Source: an uncultured Nitrosopumilaceae archaeon (GTDB lineage Archaea; Thermoproteota; Nitrososphaeria; Nitrososphaerales; Nitrosopumilaceae). From it: a stretch of 64,000 nt of DNA. The stretch's first letter is position 1. The number at the start of each line of letters is the position of its first letter. The stretch spans positions 14,259 to 78,258 of the forward strand of contig CAZEFL010000001.1 of assembly GCA_964511485.1 (NCBI GenBank), written 5' to 3'. Made by a program: the position numbers and the translations under genes. Below are positions 18,717-28,711 of the stretch, piece by piece. Under the pieces are notes generated by a model. That model was not told the origin of the DNA. It made no database searches and worked only from the letters and a program-made list of their open reading frames with translations.

Positions 18717-19274
18717 ATGTCAGAATCAAATCAAATCAATATCAATTCCTTACATAATATGGTCCTACGAGAAACTGAAGAGATCTCTTTATTAGAAATT
18801 GACCAAAATTATTATAGAAATCTTTCTGATTTTATAGGAAATCTAAAAAAACAAGAATTTGACGGTGTTGAAAATAAAATTAAAAATACTATGATTGAAA
18901 TGGCAACCGAATTGGCATCATTATTAATCCATATTAGATTAGACAAGATTTCAAAATCAAATGATATTGACATCGGAAATCTTTTAGATGAAGAAAAATT
19001 CATTTTAGATTCTCAGGAAGAACAAAAAGAAAGAAAAGAAATGGTTCTTTCTGCAACAATTAATGGAAAATCAAAATTTCTAGAATCTTTAGCTCAAAAT
19101 CACAAAACGAAAAAAATTGTAATTAGATTTCTAAATGAGGTAGATGAAATTGTAGGAGCAGATTTAGAAAAATATGGACCATTCAAAACTGAAGATATAG
19201 CTACTATTCCATATGAGAATGCACAAGCACTAATTGCCAAAAACATTGCAACCAAAGTTCGTTGGGAAGATTAG
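18717..19274 (+). CDS. GINS complex subunit (Gins51/Gins15 type)
   Basis: Helical A domain plus B domain VIRFLNEVDEIVGADLEKYGPFKTEDIATIPYENAQALI. Confidence 0.88.
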   Translation: MSESNQININSLHNMVLRETEEISLLEIDQNYYRNLSDFIGNLKKQEFDGVENKIKNTMIEMATELASLLIHIRLDKISKSNDIDIGNLLDEEKFILDSQEEQKERKEMVLSATINGKSKFLESLAQNHKTKKIVIRFLNEVDEIVGADLEKYGPFKTEDIATIPYENAQALIAKNIATKVRWED

Positions 19275-19305
19275 ATAGAAATTACACCTATTACTTTCAT
19301 TAAAT

Positions 19306-19590
19306 ATGTCTCATACAGGTGTTGATGTAATTGATTTTCTCTTTTATACAATTTATCCAGTAATTGGAATTTTTGTTGTTGAAGCAATTAGTAGATTAGT
19401 AAAAGCTCCAAAATGGATTAAATTGTGGACACAAGCTGCAGTTTCACTTGGCTTTGGGATTTACTATTGGTTCATTTTACCTGCACCTCAAAATTTCCCA
19501 TTAACTGCAATGGTAATGTTTGCATTAGCTATTGCATTAATCTATCAAGGAAGACGTGCAAAAATTTCTCCTGAAAAAAGTCCTTACTAG
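19306..19590 (+). CDS. Small membrane protein, hypothetical
   Basis: Three hydrophobic helices, normal codon usage. Confidence 0.75.
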   Translation: MSHTGVDVIDFLFYTIYPVIGIFVVEAISRLVKAPKWIKLWTQAAVSLGFGIYYWFILPAPQNFPLTAMVMFALAIALIYQGRRAKISPEKSPY

Positions 19591-19814
19591 TTTTTAAATC
19601 TACTAAAAATTCGTTTGAAGACATTTGGTTTATCTCTTCCTCCATCACGAATTACATTTTTTTCACCAAATCTTTTTGCTCTTATTTGAGTAAGTTTTAC
19701 ACATCTATGTTCTTCAGGTAATCTATGTTCTGCACAAAATGGATCCTTACAATAATTACAATGAAAAGGCATGTCTGTTAAATCACCACAATATGCACAT
19801 TTTTCTGACTCCAT
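19587..19814 (-). CDS. AN1-type zinc finger protein
   Basis: CAYC..PFHCNYCKDPFCAEHRLPEEHRC. Confidence 0.9.
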   Translation of the reverse strand: MESEKCAYCGDLTDMPFHCNYCKDPFCAEHRLPEEHRCVKLTQIRAKRFGEKNVIRDGGRDKPNVFKRIFSRFKN

Positions 19815-19902
19815 AATTTAATTAATCATTTTTATTTTATAAAGATGGTTTGTAAATCAACCGCCTAAACATTTTTACGATGATTAAATTTAACGCGATT
19901 AA

Positions 19903-20643
19903 ATGATTAAAGATAAAGTTGCAATTATCACGGGAGCTAGTAGTGGTATTGGATTTGCAACTGCTTTAGCACTTTCAAAGGCAGGAGCTAAAGTTGCTAT
20001 TGGTGCAAGACGAGTAGATAAGTTGGAAGGTCTTGCAAAACAAATCTCTGAAAATGGTGGAGAAGTTTTTTTCCAAAGATTAGACGTAACTAAAAGAGAA
20101 GAATGTGAAAATTTTACTAAAGCCGTTTTGGAAAAATGGAATTCTATTGATATTTTAGTAAATAATGCAGGGCTTATGCCTTTGAGTTTCTTCAAAAGTC
20201 TGAAGGTAGATGAATGGGATAGAATGGTTGATGTGAATATTAAAGGCGTTTTGTACTCTACCGGGGCTGTAATTACTCATATGAAGGAAAAAAAATCTGG
20301 TCATATCGTAAACCTTTCATCAGTTGCTGGAAGAATAGTATTTCCAGCTGGTAGTGTTTATTGTGCAACGAAACATGCAGTTGCAGCATTTAGTGAAGGA
20401 TTACGGCAAGAGTTTAGTGTACGTTCAAACATTAGGGTTACTAGTATTGAACCTGGTGTTGTGGCTACAGAACTTAATGATACAATTACAGATGAATCAT
20501 TGAAAGGTTTTGTAGAGAATACAAAAAAGATGGAAGCATTACAGGCAGAAGATATTGCAAATGCAATATTGTATGCAGTTGATTCCCCATCTTATGTTAA
20601 TGTAAATGAGATTCTAATTAGACCAACAACTCAAGAACGATAA
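19903..20643 (+). CDS. SDR-family oxidoreductase
   Basis: TGASSGIG, NNAG, YCATK catalytic motif. Confidence 0.93.
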   Translation: MIKDKVAIITGASSGIGFATALALSKAGAKVAIGARRVDKLEGLAKQISENGGEVFFQRLDVTKREECENFTKAVLEKWNSIDILVNNAGLMPLSFFKSLKVDEWDRMVDVNIKGVLYSTGAVITHMKEKKSGHIVNLSSVAGRIVFPAGSVYCATKHAVAAFSEGLRQEFSVRSNIRVTSIEPGVVATELNDTITDESLKGFVENTKKMEALQAEDIANAILYAVDSPSYVNVNEILIRPTTQER

Positions 20644-20651
20644 TTAACAAA

Positions 20652-20861
20652 TTATTTGTCTCTATCCTTTTCTTTTGTAAGGTGCTCTAAAATTGCTCTT
20701 ACCTCAACTCCTAGTTCTTGATTATTTTTTGAGAGATTAAGTTTTTCAGGAATATCGTTTTTGAATTCTGCATTTTCTAATTCAATACTTCTTTTCTGAA
20801 CACAATCAAGATGGTTTTCTCCAGTTGCAGAAATTTTATGACAGATACTACAAATTTTCAT
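20652..20861 (-). CDS. Small hypothetical protein with N-terminal CxxC..H..C
   Basis: MKICSICHKIS...HLDC; fills the gap between SDR and tRNA. Confidence 0.6.
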   Translation of the reverse strand: MKICSICHKISATGENHLDCVQKRSIELENAEFKNDIPEKLNLSKNNQELGVEVRAILEHLTKEKDRDK

Positions 20862-20916
20862 GCTTTTATTAATTAAAACGACGATTTAATAATTTCATTT
20901 TGTGTCTTTGTGACAA

Positions 20917-20990
20917 GGGATCGTCGTCTAGCTTGGTATGATACTAGTCTGGGGGACTAGTGGTCGCAGGTTCAAATCCTGCCGGTCCCA
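20917..20990 (+). tRNA. tRNA-Pro(GGG)
   Basis: Acceptor GGGATCG/CGGTCCC, anticodon arm CTAGT-CTGGGGG-ACTAG, T arm GCAGG-TTCAAAT-CCTGC; CCA not encoded. Confidence 0.95.
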
Positions 20991-21081
20991 TTATGTTTAA
21001 TTTCAATAAATTTCCAAAAAATGAATCATTTTTAAGATAAATTTAGCCTTGAATATTCTTAATATCAAAATTATTTTAATT

Positions 21082-21843
21082 TTAAAGTTTTAGAATTTTT
21101 AGTAATTGTTCAAAACTTTCTTGAGTCTTTTTTTGTTTGTATTGTTTTAAAGCACCAATAATTTTTTCTTTAGATGGATTTTTGTAAATTTTTTGAGTTT
21201 TTCTTGCAATTCCTGAACCGATAAAAAATGCTTGAGTAATAGATGTAACATTTGATGGTTTTCTTTTTGTACTTGAACTCTCAAAATCAATTAAAGTAGA
21301 TTTTGTTTTTCCTACAATCACATGTTTTGACACATTACTTAATTCACCATGATCAAAACCCAATTCATCTAATTTGTAACAATCTTGGAGAATTTTTTTA
21401 ATCGTAGATTTTAATTTTTTTGTACTACCTACACCTTTTAACAAATCTACCCAATCACTAATTTTTTCACCTTCAATGTATTCCATTACAAGAAAATTTT
21501 TACTAACTGCAAACATTTTTGGCCCTACATCAACTGAATTCACCAATTTTAACAAAATTGATTCATTTTTCATATCTTTTCTTTGCGAATCTGTCCTTCT
21601 AATTTTTAAAGCAACTTGCTTGTTTCCTTTTTTTGCTAGGACAACTACTCCAACATACCCCTTTCCTAAAATTGCTAATTTCCCAAGTGTTGTAGGACCT
21701 GTCAGTAATATGGATTTTATTTTTAATTTTTCTAATTCATTAATCCTTGATTTTATTTGACGAGTAGTAGATTTTGGATACCCAAGAATCAGTGAATATG
21801 GTTCTTCAGAAAATTTTTTAATTGAAATAAAGGATTGTTCCAT
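21082..21843 (-). CDS. RIO-like Ser/Thr protein kinase
   Basis: LGKGYVGVV, VALK, LVMEYIEG, HGELS, IDFES. Confidence 0.85.
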   Translation of the reverse strand: MEQSFISIKKFSEEPYSLILGYPKSTTRQIKSRINELEKLKIKSILLTGPTTLGKLAILGKGYVGVVVLAKKGNKQVALKIRRTDSQRKDMKNESILLKLVNSVDVGPKMFAVSKNFLVMEYIEGEKISDWVDLLKGVGSTKKLKSTIKKILQDCYKLDELGFDHGELSNVSKHVIVGKTKSTLIDFESSSTKRKPSNVTSITQAFFIGSGIARKTQKIYKNPSKEKIIGALKQYKQKKTQESFEQLLKILKL

Positions 21844-23149
21844 CTGTTGAAATCAACTCACTTGCTTCCTCTTTAATTGATTTACTCAAATTTTTGCTTC
21901 CTACAGAAATCTTGAACCCTTTTTTAAAATCATTTAGAAGACCTTTTGGCACGCCTGTTTGGAGGTCTTTTTTCAAGAAATCTGTTAAGAATTTGGCAGC
22001 TTCTACATGTTTTCTTTTTTCAACTGAAATAATTTTTCCATTTGTTCCAACCCACATTAATTCGGTATTCTTCAGATTTTTGGAAATGAAACTTTTTGTA
22101 CTATTCTCTCTGAAAAATTCTGGTCCATTCTTTGAATATATCTGAGAAATTTTTGTAGATTCTAAAAAGAATAAGAGATACGCTTCTTTTCTTTGATCTG
22201 TATATGATTTATTTCTCAATACAGTAAATCCACCCAATTCTAATTGTGTAGAAAGTGATGATGTAGCTCTTTTAATTTGCCCCCATATTATGTCTGGACT
22301 TCTCATCTTAAAATCAAATTTCACTACTAACAAATTTTCCCAATATTTTTTTGAAACTTTAGATTTTTTATTTTTGAATAAAGCCATTTTTGGTTTTTCC
22401 TTAAATGCTCTAGAAATAAGGACAAATTTTCCAATATTTTCATCAGAAATTGCAGCAGCTAAGTTTCTATTATCATCAATTGGGTCTGTGATAATTATTG
22501 ATGTTTCAAATTTCTTTGAAGTTTTTCCAATAATTTGATTTTCTTTAATTTTAGAAATTGATTTGATAAGATTTTCAAAACTTTTAAAATTTAAAATTAA
22601 AACCTCTGAAACATATCCACTAAATCCATGTTTTGCCATTTCTGCACCATAGATTTTATTTGATTTTAAAAATGTCTTTAATATTCTAACTTCATTTCTC
22701 ATTTTTGGTGTTAATGATTTTTTCATAAATTTTGTATGAAATGGTGATCTGTCTGCAGCACTTTTCCATTCCCCTAATTTTACATCATAAAATGGAACAA
22801 CATTGATTTTTGTATCCTTGATTTTAGCCTCAACATATGGATGTTCAGAATATCTTACATATGGAGAGAATTTTTTTAATGACTCAAATCCAATTTTCCT
22901 TGAAATTTGCTCAAATCTTTCTTCTGGTGTGGATTTTTTAAATTTGAGAAAAATATCTACATCTGCATCTTTTGACAACCAAGTGCCTTTTGCAAATGAA
23001 CCTCCAAATTCTAAATCAACCACTTCAGGAAATTTCTTGATTTCTTTTTTAACTAAATTAAATGCTAATTCAGCAATTTTATTTTTTGATTTTTCTAGAG
23101 TTTTTGATGGGACAACTGTTTTGGAAATTTGAGAAATTATTTTGTTCAT
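21818..23149 (-). CDS. cca: Class I CCA-adding enzyme
   Basis: GGSFAKGTWL..DADVDIF, YSEHPYV, SAADRSPFH, GFSGY, DPID..RNLAAA. Confidence 0.95.
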   Translation of the reverse strand: MNKIISQISKTVVPSKTLEKSKNKIAELAFNLVKKEIKKFPEVVDLEFGGSFAKGTWLSKDADVDIFLKFKKSTPEERFEQISRKIGFESLKKFSPYVRYSEHPYVEAKIKDTKINVVPFYDVKLGEWKSAADRSPFHTKFMKKSLTPKMRNEVRILKTFLKSNKIYGAEMAKHGFSGYVSEVLILNFKSFENLIKSISKIKENQIIGKTSKKFETSIIITDPIDDNRNLAAAISDENIGKFVLISRAFKEKPKMALFKNKKSKVSKKYWENLLVVKFDFKMRSPDIIWGQIKRATSSLSTQLELGGFTVLRNKSYTDQRKEAYLLFFLESTKISQIYSKNGPEFFRENSTKSFISKNLKNTELMWVGTNGKIISVEKRKHVEAAKFLTDFLKKDLQTGVPKGLLNDFKKGFKISVGSKNLSKSIKEEASELISTDGTILYFN

Positions 23150-23688
23150 TTTTTTGCATTTACCTCCTCTAAATCTGAATATATTGGCCCATTTGGTGTG
23201 AGTTCACTTTTTTTTAACTTAATACTTGTGATTTGTTGCCTTCCAAAATCCACAGTTTTGTAATCTTCCAATTCTTTAGTTATATTCTCAACCTTCTTTT
23301 TAATTCTAAATACTGTGATATGAGGTTTGAATACTTTATCTGAAAAAAATCCTAGTGGTTCTAATGATTTTTGAATTTTTTTTGCTAGTTGAATGAGCAA
23401 ATTACCTCCATTTTCATCTGTACCGACCCAAATTATTCTAGGAAATTTTACTCTAGGAAATACCCCTATTCCTTTCAAATTAACATTAAAACTTGAAAAT
23501 TCAATTGTATGTAATGCTTTGATGATTTTTTGTACTGTTTCCCCTGAAATTTCACCTAAAAATTGGAGTGTAAAATGTAAATTTCTTGATTGTATTGGCT
23601 TAACCCCAAAATGAATTTCTTTTTGAAATTTTTCAATTGAATTGATTACATTTTCATTTGAAATTTCAATTGCTACAAAGGTTCGCAT
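23146..23688 (-). CDS. thpR: RNA 2',3'-cyclic phosphodiesterase (2H family)
   Basis: MRTFVAI start and two HxT motifs (HFTLQFLG, PHITVFR). Confidence 0.93.
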   Translation of the reverse strand: MRTFVAIEISNENVINSIEKFQKEIHFGVKPIQSRNLHFTLQFLGEISGETVQKIIKALHTIEFSSFNVNLKGIGVFPRVKFPRIIWVGTDENGGNLLIQLAKKIQKSLEPLGFFSDKVFKPHITVFRIKKKVENITKELEDYKTVDFGRQQITSIKLKKSELTPNGPIYSDLEEVNAKK

Positions 23689-23760
23689 TATAACATTTTT
23701 TGAAGTATCTTTATAATAATTTCCGGTAACTTCATAGACGAGCCTTTTTTTTGATATGTA

Positions 23761-24309
23761 TTGTTAAAACTAATTGTATGCCTAACAGGAATGCCTGGAG
23801 CAGGTAAATCAACCATTGCTGAAGGATTGAAACCTAAGGGATATGAAATTATCAATATGGGTAATGCTGTACGAGAAGAAGCAAAAAAGAGAAATTTAGA
23901 ATCAACAAGGTCAAATCTTGGAAAACTTATGTTAGATCTTAGAGAAAAGAATGGTCCAGGTGCAATTGCAGAATTAGTAATACCCAAAATAGAATCATCA
24001 CCATCACATGTGGTTCTAATTGATGGCGTGAGATCAAATGATGAAATCAAAGTACTTAAAAAATTTGGCATTGTTAAATTATTAGCAATTCATGCATCAA
24101 CTGATACACGATTTGATTTTTTACAAAAAAGAGGAAGATCGGATGATCCTCAAACAAAAGAACATTTTGAAGAAAGAGATACTAGGGAATTAGGAGTAGG
24201 AATCAGCAATTCAATTGCTTTATCTGATTATGCAATTTCTAATATCGGTCTAACAAAAGACGAATTAGTTGAATCAGCATTTAAAATTATTCAAAGTTGG
24301 GTAAAATGA
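23761..24309 (+). CDS. P-loop nucleotide kinase (UPF0200 / dephospho-CoA-kinase-like)
   Basis: GMPGAGKS, MGNAVRE, IDGVRS, RGRSDD. Confidence 0.85.
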   Translation: MLKLIVCLTGMPGAGKSTIAEGLKPKGYEIINMGNAVREEAKKRNLESTRSNLGKLMLDLREKNGPGAIAELVIPKIESSPSHVVLIDGVRSNDEIKVLKKFGIVKLLAIHASTDTRFDFLQKRGRSDDPQTKEHFEERDTRELGVGISNSIALSDYAISNIGLTKDELVESAFKIIQSWVK

Positions 24310-24704
24310 AAATCCCAAACATCAGTTGTGAAATAGAAATATCTTGTCCAGTTAATTCTTCTGAAGATCCAACAAAAATTACGAAATCAATCTCAAACAT
24401 TTTTCCAAATTCAGAAATAAAAACCGAAAAATTTTCAGTTATTGCACATTCAAAAAATCTTAATTCTCTTGAAAAAATCTATGAAACAATTCATTCTAAA
24501 AAATCTCAAAAAACTTATACACAAAATCTTGAAGATAATTTAGAAAATAATTCAACTTGGTTTTATCTAAACAAACAAGCAGCATATGTTGAACAAGTTG
24601 TAATATGTGAAGAAGCAGAGGAATCCCCCTTGGGGCCAATTAAAGTAATTTTAACGTCATCTAATATTGATGGAATTATTGATTGGATGGTTTTTGATAA
24701 TTAG
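24306..24704 (+). CDS. UPF0201/DUF54 RNA-binding protein
   Basis: SEDPTKI, LNKQAAY and ESPLGPI motifs; ATG at 24306 overlaps the upstream stop. Confidence 0.85.
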   Translation: MKIPNISCEIEISCPVNSSEDPTKITKSISNIFPNSEIKTEKFSVIAHSKNLNSLEKIYETIHSKKSQKTYTQNLEDNLENNSTWFYLNKQAAYVEQVVICEEAEESPLGPIKVILTSSNIDGIIDWMVFDN

Positions 24705-24784
24705 TATTTGTTAAGAAAATTCACTCATTTTTGATTATTTTTTTTAGTTTGAGTCTAAAATTCATTTTTTTATAGAAATGTATA

Positions 24785-25216
24785 ATGTTGTTAAAACTAG
24801 GCATAATTGGTACTTTTTTGATATTAGGAGGAATGATGTTTTCTACAGAAATTTCAACATTATTCCCAAATACTTCAGCATCCCTTCTAGATTCTGTTAA
24901 AAATGATATTAATTTTCTAAATGAAAGGGTAAGTAATTCAGCAGAAGAGCGTTTAGATGCCTCCGTTGATAAGATTGTTGAAAATGTAAGTGACCAGGTT
25001 TATGAAGGAATTACAGAGACTGGAGACAAGCTTGTTGAAAATGTAAGTGACCAGGTTTATGAAGGAATTACAGAGACTGGAGACAAGCTTGTTGAAAATG
25101 TAAGTGACCAGGTTTATGAAGGAATTACAGAGACTGGAGATAGTCTCAAAAATGAAATTATACCTGATGAAATTTTTGGTTTTGATTTCATTACAAACTT
25201 CTTAAGAATTAATTAA
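24785..25216 (+). CDS. Signal-anchored hypothetical protein with 19-aa tandem repeats
   Basis: Hydrophobic N-terminus; VENVSDQVYEGITETGD(KL) three times. Confidence 0.75.
   Translation: MLLKLGIIGTFLILGGMMFSTEISTLFPNTSASLLDSVKNDINFLNERVSNSAEERLDASVDKIVENVSDQVYEGITETGDKLVENVSDQVYEGITETGDKLVENVSDQVYEGITETGDSLKNEIIPDEIFGFDFITNFLRIN
24977..25140 (+). repeat. 57-bp perfect tandem repeat (about 2.9 copies)
   Basis: Units start at 24977, 25034 and 25091 and are nucleotide-identical. Confidence 0.95.
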
Positions 25217-25223
25217 TTTCAAA

Positions 25224-25946
25224 TTATTCTTTGAACATTGAAATAATTTTTGGTAACACATTTGCACTGGTATCATTAATAATCAAATCCATTTCTGATG
25301 ACATTTCAGTTTTTTCTGGATTAACTTCAATCAAATATGCATTGTTTTGTTTTGCATAAATTAGTAAAGTATTTGCAGGTGATACAACAAGAGATGTTCC
25401 TACAACAATCATCATATCACATTGACTAGCATGAACTATTGCATGTTTCCATACATCTTCTGGTAAAGATTCTCCAAACCAAACAACATCTGGTCTAAGT
25501 ATATTCCCACACTTGCATAAGGGTGGAATCTCAGAAAACTTTGCTATTATTTCATCTTTAAAATCACATACTGTGCATTTGATTTTAATTATACTTCCAT
25601 GTAACTCCAACACCTCAGAACTACCTGCTTTTTGATGAAGTCCATCGATATTCTGTGTCAAAATTATAACTTTTACATATTTTTCAAGATCTGCAATTGC
25701 TTTATGCCCTTGATTAGAACTGACTGAAAAAATATTTTCTCTTCTTTCATTATACCATTCCCAAACAAGTTTAGGGTTTTCATAAAATGCATCAATTGTG
25801 GCTAATTTCATTACATCATAACTTCTCCATAACCCATCTTTCCCTCTAAATGTAGGGATTCCACTCTCTTGTGAGATTCCTGCCCCTGTTACAAATACAA
25901 TTTTTTTAACATCTTTAATTTGATCTTTTATTGATTCAAAAATCAT
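25224..25946 (-). CDS. cobB: Sir2-family NAD-dependent deacylase
   Basis: [27 protein letters not shown], two CxxC-type pairs, RPDVVWFGE. Confidence 0.95.
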   Translation of the reverse strand: MIFESIKDQIKDVKKIVFVTGAGISQESGIPTFRGKDGLWRSYDVMKLATIDAFYENPKLVWEWYNERRENIFSVSSNQGHKAIADLEKYVKVIILTQNIDGLHQKAGSSEVLELHGSIIKIKCTVCDFKDEIIAKFSEIPPLCKCGNILRPDVVWFGESLPEDVWKHAIVHASQCDMMIVVGTSLVVSPANTLLIYAKQNNAYLIEVNPEKTEMSSEMDLIINDTSANVLPKIISMFKE

Positions 25947-26842
25947 TTAATTTCTACTTCTAAAAGATCTCTTGCAGTAATAACTGAATTATGAATTTCT
26001 TTTGCTTCATTCAAATGTTCTACTTCATCTTTGTATCTTGCTGAAAAATGTGTTAAAATCAAATTTTTTATTTTTGCATTTTTTCCAAATATTGCAGCTT
26101 GTTTTGCAGTAGAATGGCAAGTATCTTGTGCTCTTTGTTTTTCTTTATCAAGAAATGTAGAATCAAACACCAAATAATCACATTCATTGAAAAATACCTC
26201 TAATTCATCAGTTGGCATTGTATCTCCTGAAATACCAATTTTTTTCCCTGGCCTTTTTTCTCCCAATACTTGCTCAGGTTTGATTGTGATTCCATTATTT
26301 TCAATCTGATTCCCATTTTGTAATTTACTCCATAACTCCCCTTCAGGAATACCTAACTTCTTTGCTTTTTCGACGTTAAATCTTCCTGGTTTATCTTTTT
26401 CTTCAAAGAGATATGAATATGCTGTAATAGAATGATTTGCTTTACATGCATACATAGAAAATTTTTCTTCATCAATAATTTTTTCATCTTTAATTATGTT
26501 AATCAAAACTGGAAATGATAATCCAAAGTTTAACACTTTGATATTTGCCGCAATGAATTCCTCAATCCCACTTGGACCAAAAATTTCTAAAGTTTCAGTT
26601 CTATTTTGCATAGACATTGTTTGTAATAATCCTAAAATTCCTACACAATGATCTCCGTGAAGATGTGTGACAAAAATTTTCATCTTTTTGTTCCATCCTA
26701 AACCTGATTTCATAAATGAAATTTGTGCAGATTCTCCTGCATCAAACATTAGAATTTCACCATCTCTTTCTAAACAAATACAGGATAAACCCCTTCTTTC
26801 AGTTGGTTGTGCAGCTGATGTTCCTAAGAATACAAGTTTCAT
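25943..26842 (-). CDS. rnz: Ribonuclease Z
   Basis: [17 protein letters not shown], flexible arm, SGDT, HST, THFSARY. Confidence 0.95.
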   Translation of the reverse strand: MKLVFLGTSAAQPTERRGLSCICLERDGEILMFDAGESAQISFMKSGLGWNKKMKIFVTHLHGDHCVGILGLLQTMSMQNRTETLEIFGPSGIEEFIAANIKVLNFGLSFPVLINIIKDEKIIDEEKFSMYACKANHSITAYSYLFEEKDKPGRFNVEKAKKLGIPEGELWSKLQNGNQIENNGITIKPEQVLGEKRPGKKIGISGDTMPTDELEVFFNECDYLVFDSTFLDKEKQRAQDTCHSTAKQAAIFGKNAKIKNLILTHFSARYKDEVEHLNEAKEIHNSVITARDLLEVEIK

Positions 26843-27786
26843 TTTATCAAAATTGTCCTTGTCAAGCTTTTATGCCTATAGATTTCATATTTTTTTAACC
26901 CTTTTAACTTTAGATTATTTCCCAATTCCTTTTTGTACATAATTGCTATTTTTTTTCTTTTAGGCATAATTGAGATAAATCTCTTCAAGATTTCTTCAGG
27001 CTTTTCAGAAGTTTTGGAAGATTTTCCATAAGGCAAATCCGTGACTATCCCATCAAATTTTCCAGAAATTTTCACTAATTCTTGAAAATCAGAATTAATA
27101 ATTTCAGATTTGTATCTATTTACTTTGAGGTTTTCTTTTGCAATTTCATACATCTTTTTATCAAAATCTAACCCAATTGCATTAATTCCCATAGATTCAG
27201 CTTCCAATAGAGTGGTTCCAGTACCACAAAAAGGATCACATACAGTTTCTCCCTGCTTTAATCCGATTAAATTTATCATAACTCTAGTTAATTTCCAATC
27301 TAATTCATGAGGATAATTTTTGATCTTTTTTGGTCTACTTTTCTCTTTAAATCGTTTAGAGAATCCAAAAAAATTTTCTTCATTAGTAAAAATTAGATAA
27401 ACGGTAATATCTGGATTTTCTAATTTTACTTTTGCATGAGAGAATTTTGAAATCATGTCACCCATTGAATTTTCTAATTCTGGGATATCGAATTGATTTG
27501 ATGATAGATTAATAATTCTACAAACAAACGTTTCAGCCTTTTTTAAAATCTCAAAATTATCTTCATCCAAAAATAATCCTGACATCCTTCTTAATACTTG
27601 TCCAGATATTTTAACAAATGATGCCCTATCTGATATATCATTCCAGTTTGTTTTTGATTGAACTATAACTAAATTAGAAATTGTTTTAATTTTAGAAAAT
27701 TTATCAAACATTTTTGAAATTGCTGTTATTTCATCTCTTGCTAATTCTAAATTGTCTTTAGATAAAACAAAAAAACTTTCTGGCAT
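26839..27786 (-). CDS. Trm11/TrmG10-like tRNA methyltransferase
   Basis: THUMP-like N-terminus, [20 protein letters not shown]. Confidence 0.85.
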   Translation of the reverse strand: MPESFFVLSKDNLELARDEITAISKMFDKFSKIKTISNLVIVQSKTNWNDISDRASFVKISGQVLRRMSGLFLDEDNFEILKKAETFVCRIINLSSNQFDIPELENSMGDMISKFSHAKVKLENPDITVYLIFTNEENFFGFSKRFKEKSRPKKIKNYPHELDWKLTRVMINLIGLKQGETVCDPFCGTGTTLLEAESMGINAIGLDFDKKMYEIAKENLKVNRYKSEIINSDFQELVKISGKFDGIVTDLPYGKSSKTSEKPEEILKRFISIMPKRKKIAIMYKKELGNNLKLKGLKKYEIYRHKSLTRTILIK

Positions 27787-28667
27787 TACATTATTGCCTT
27801 TGAAATTGTATTAGAAACATCGACCATTGATGTTTTACCAGGAATTGTATTTGTACTAACAATTTTTGTTACTCCTGCTTTTCTAATTTTCTTTTCAGCA
27901 TCATTCATTAAAAGTGCATGTGTACAAGCAACATACACTCGTTTACATTTTTGTTTCTTAAGAAACTGTGTTGCATTAACTATACTTCCTCCAGTACTTA
28001 TCATATCATCAACTAAAATTAAATCTCTATCTATTACTTCATCTATATTTTTTGTTTTGATTTGCACCTTTCCTGTTTTTCGATCCCTTTTTTTCTCTAA
28101 GACGATAAATTCTGAACCAAATTCTTTTGCAAATTCTTTTGCCCTGTTTTTTCCCCCTTGATCAGGAGAAACAACAATTGGATCTTTTAGATTTAATTTT
28201 TTGAAATATTTTACGAGATCTGGTATTGCAGTCACATTTTTAGATTTGACAGTAAAATATTTGAGACCAATCATACTATGAATATCAACAGCAATTATTT
28301 TTGATGTGCCTACACCCTTGAATAATTTTGCAAGTACTTTCATGGTTACAACTTCTCCTGATAAAAATTCTCTATCTTGTCTCGCATATCCCAAATATGG
28401 AATTACAGCAATTACTTCAGATGAAATTTCTTTAGCTTTTGAAATTAAAGATAATGCTTGTATTAGATTTGTATCAACGGGTGGATAAATTGATTGCACA
28501 ACAACTGATTTCTTTTTTGATATTTTTCCACTAAGTGTTATCTTACTTTCTCCGTCAGGAAAAACCCTAATAGTTGATTTTATCAAATTTGCTTTAATTC
28601 TTTTAGATAATTTTTTTGCTAATTCTTCAGAAGATTTTCCTGAAATTACTGAAACATTACTCAACAA
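27786..28667 (-). CDS. prs: Ribose-phosphate pyrophosphokinase
   Basis: FPDGE, PYLGYARQD, SPDQGG, VDDMISTGGS. Confidence 0.96.
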   Translation of the reverse strand: MLSNVSVISGKSSEELAKKLSKRIKANLIKSTIRVFPDGESKITLSGKISKKKSVVVQSIYPPVDTNLIQALSLISKAKEISSEVIAVIPYLGYARQDREFLSGEVVTMKVLAKLFKGVGTSKIIAVDIHSMIGLKYFTVKSKNVTAIPDLVKYFKKLNLKDPIVVSPDQGGKNRAKEFAKEFGSEFIVLEKKRDRKTGKVQIKTKNIDEVIDRDLILVDDMISTGGSIVNATQFLKKQKCKRVYVACTHALLMNDAEKKIRKAGVTKIVSTNTIPGKTSMVDVSNTISKAIM

Positions 28668-28711
28668 GAAAATGTAATTTAATGGGATTCTTAAGTTTTG
28701 AGAAAAACGAA

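Noticed and set aside
20652-21081. Integrated element at tRNA-Pro (also checked at tRNA-Arg and tRNA-Val)
   Set aside because: No integrase, no duplicated tRNA 3' end seen, and flanking genes are housekeeping.
24977-25140. Possible CRISPR array
   Set aside because: Contiguous 57-bp units with no spacers, in frame within a CDS, and no cas genes.
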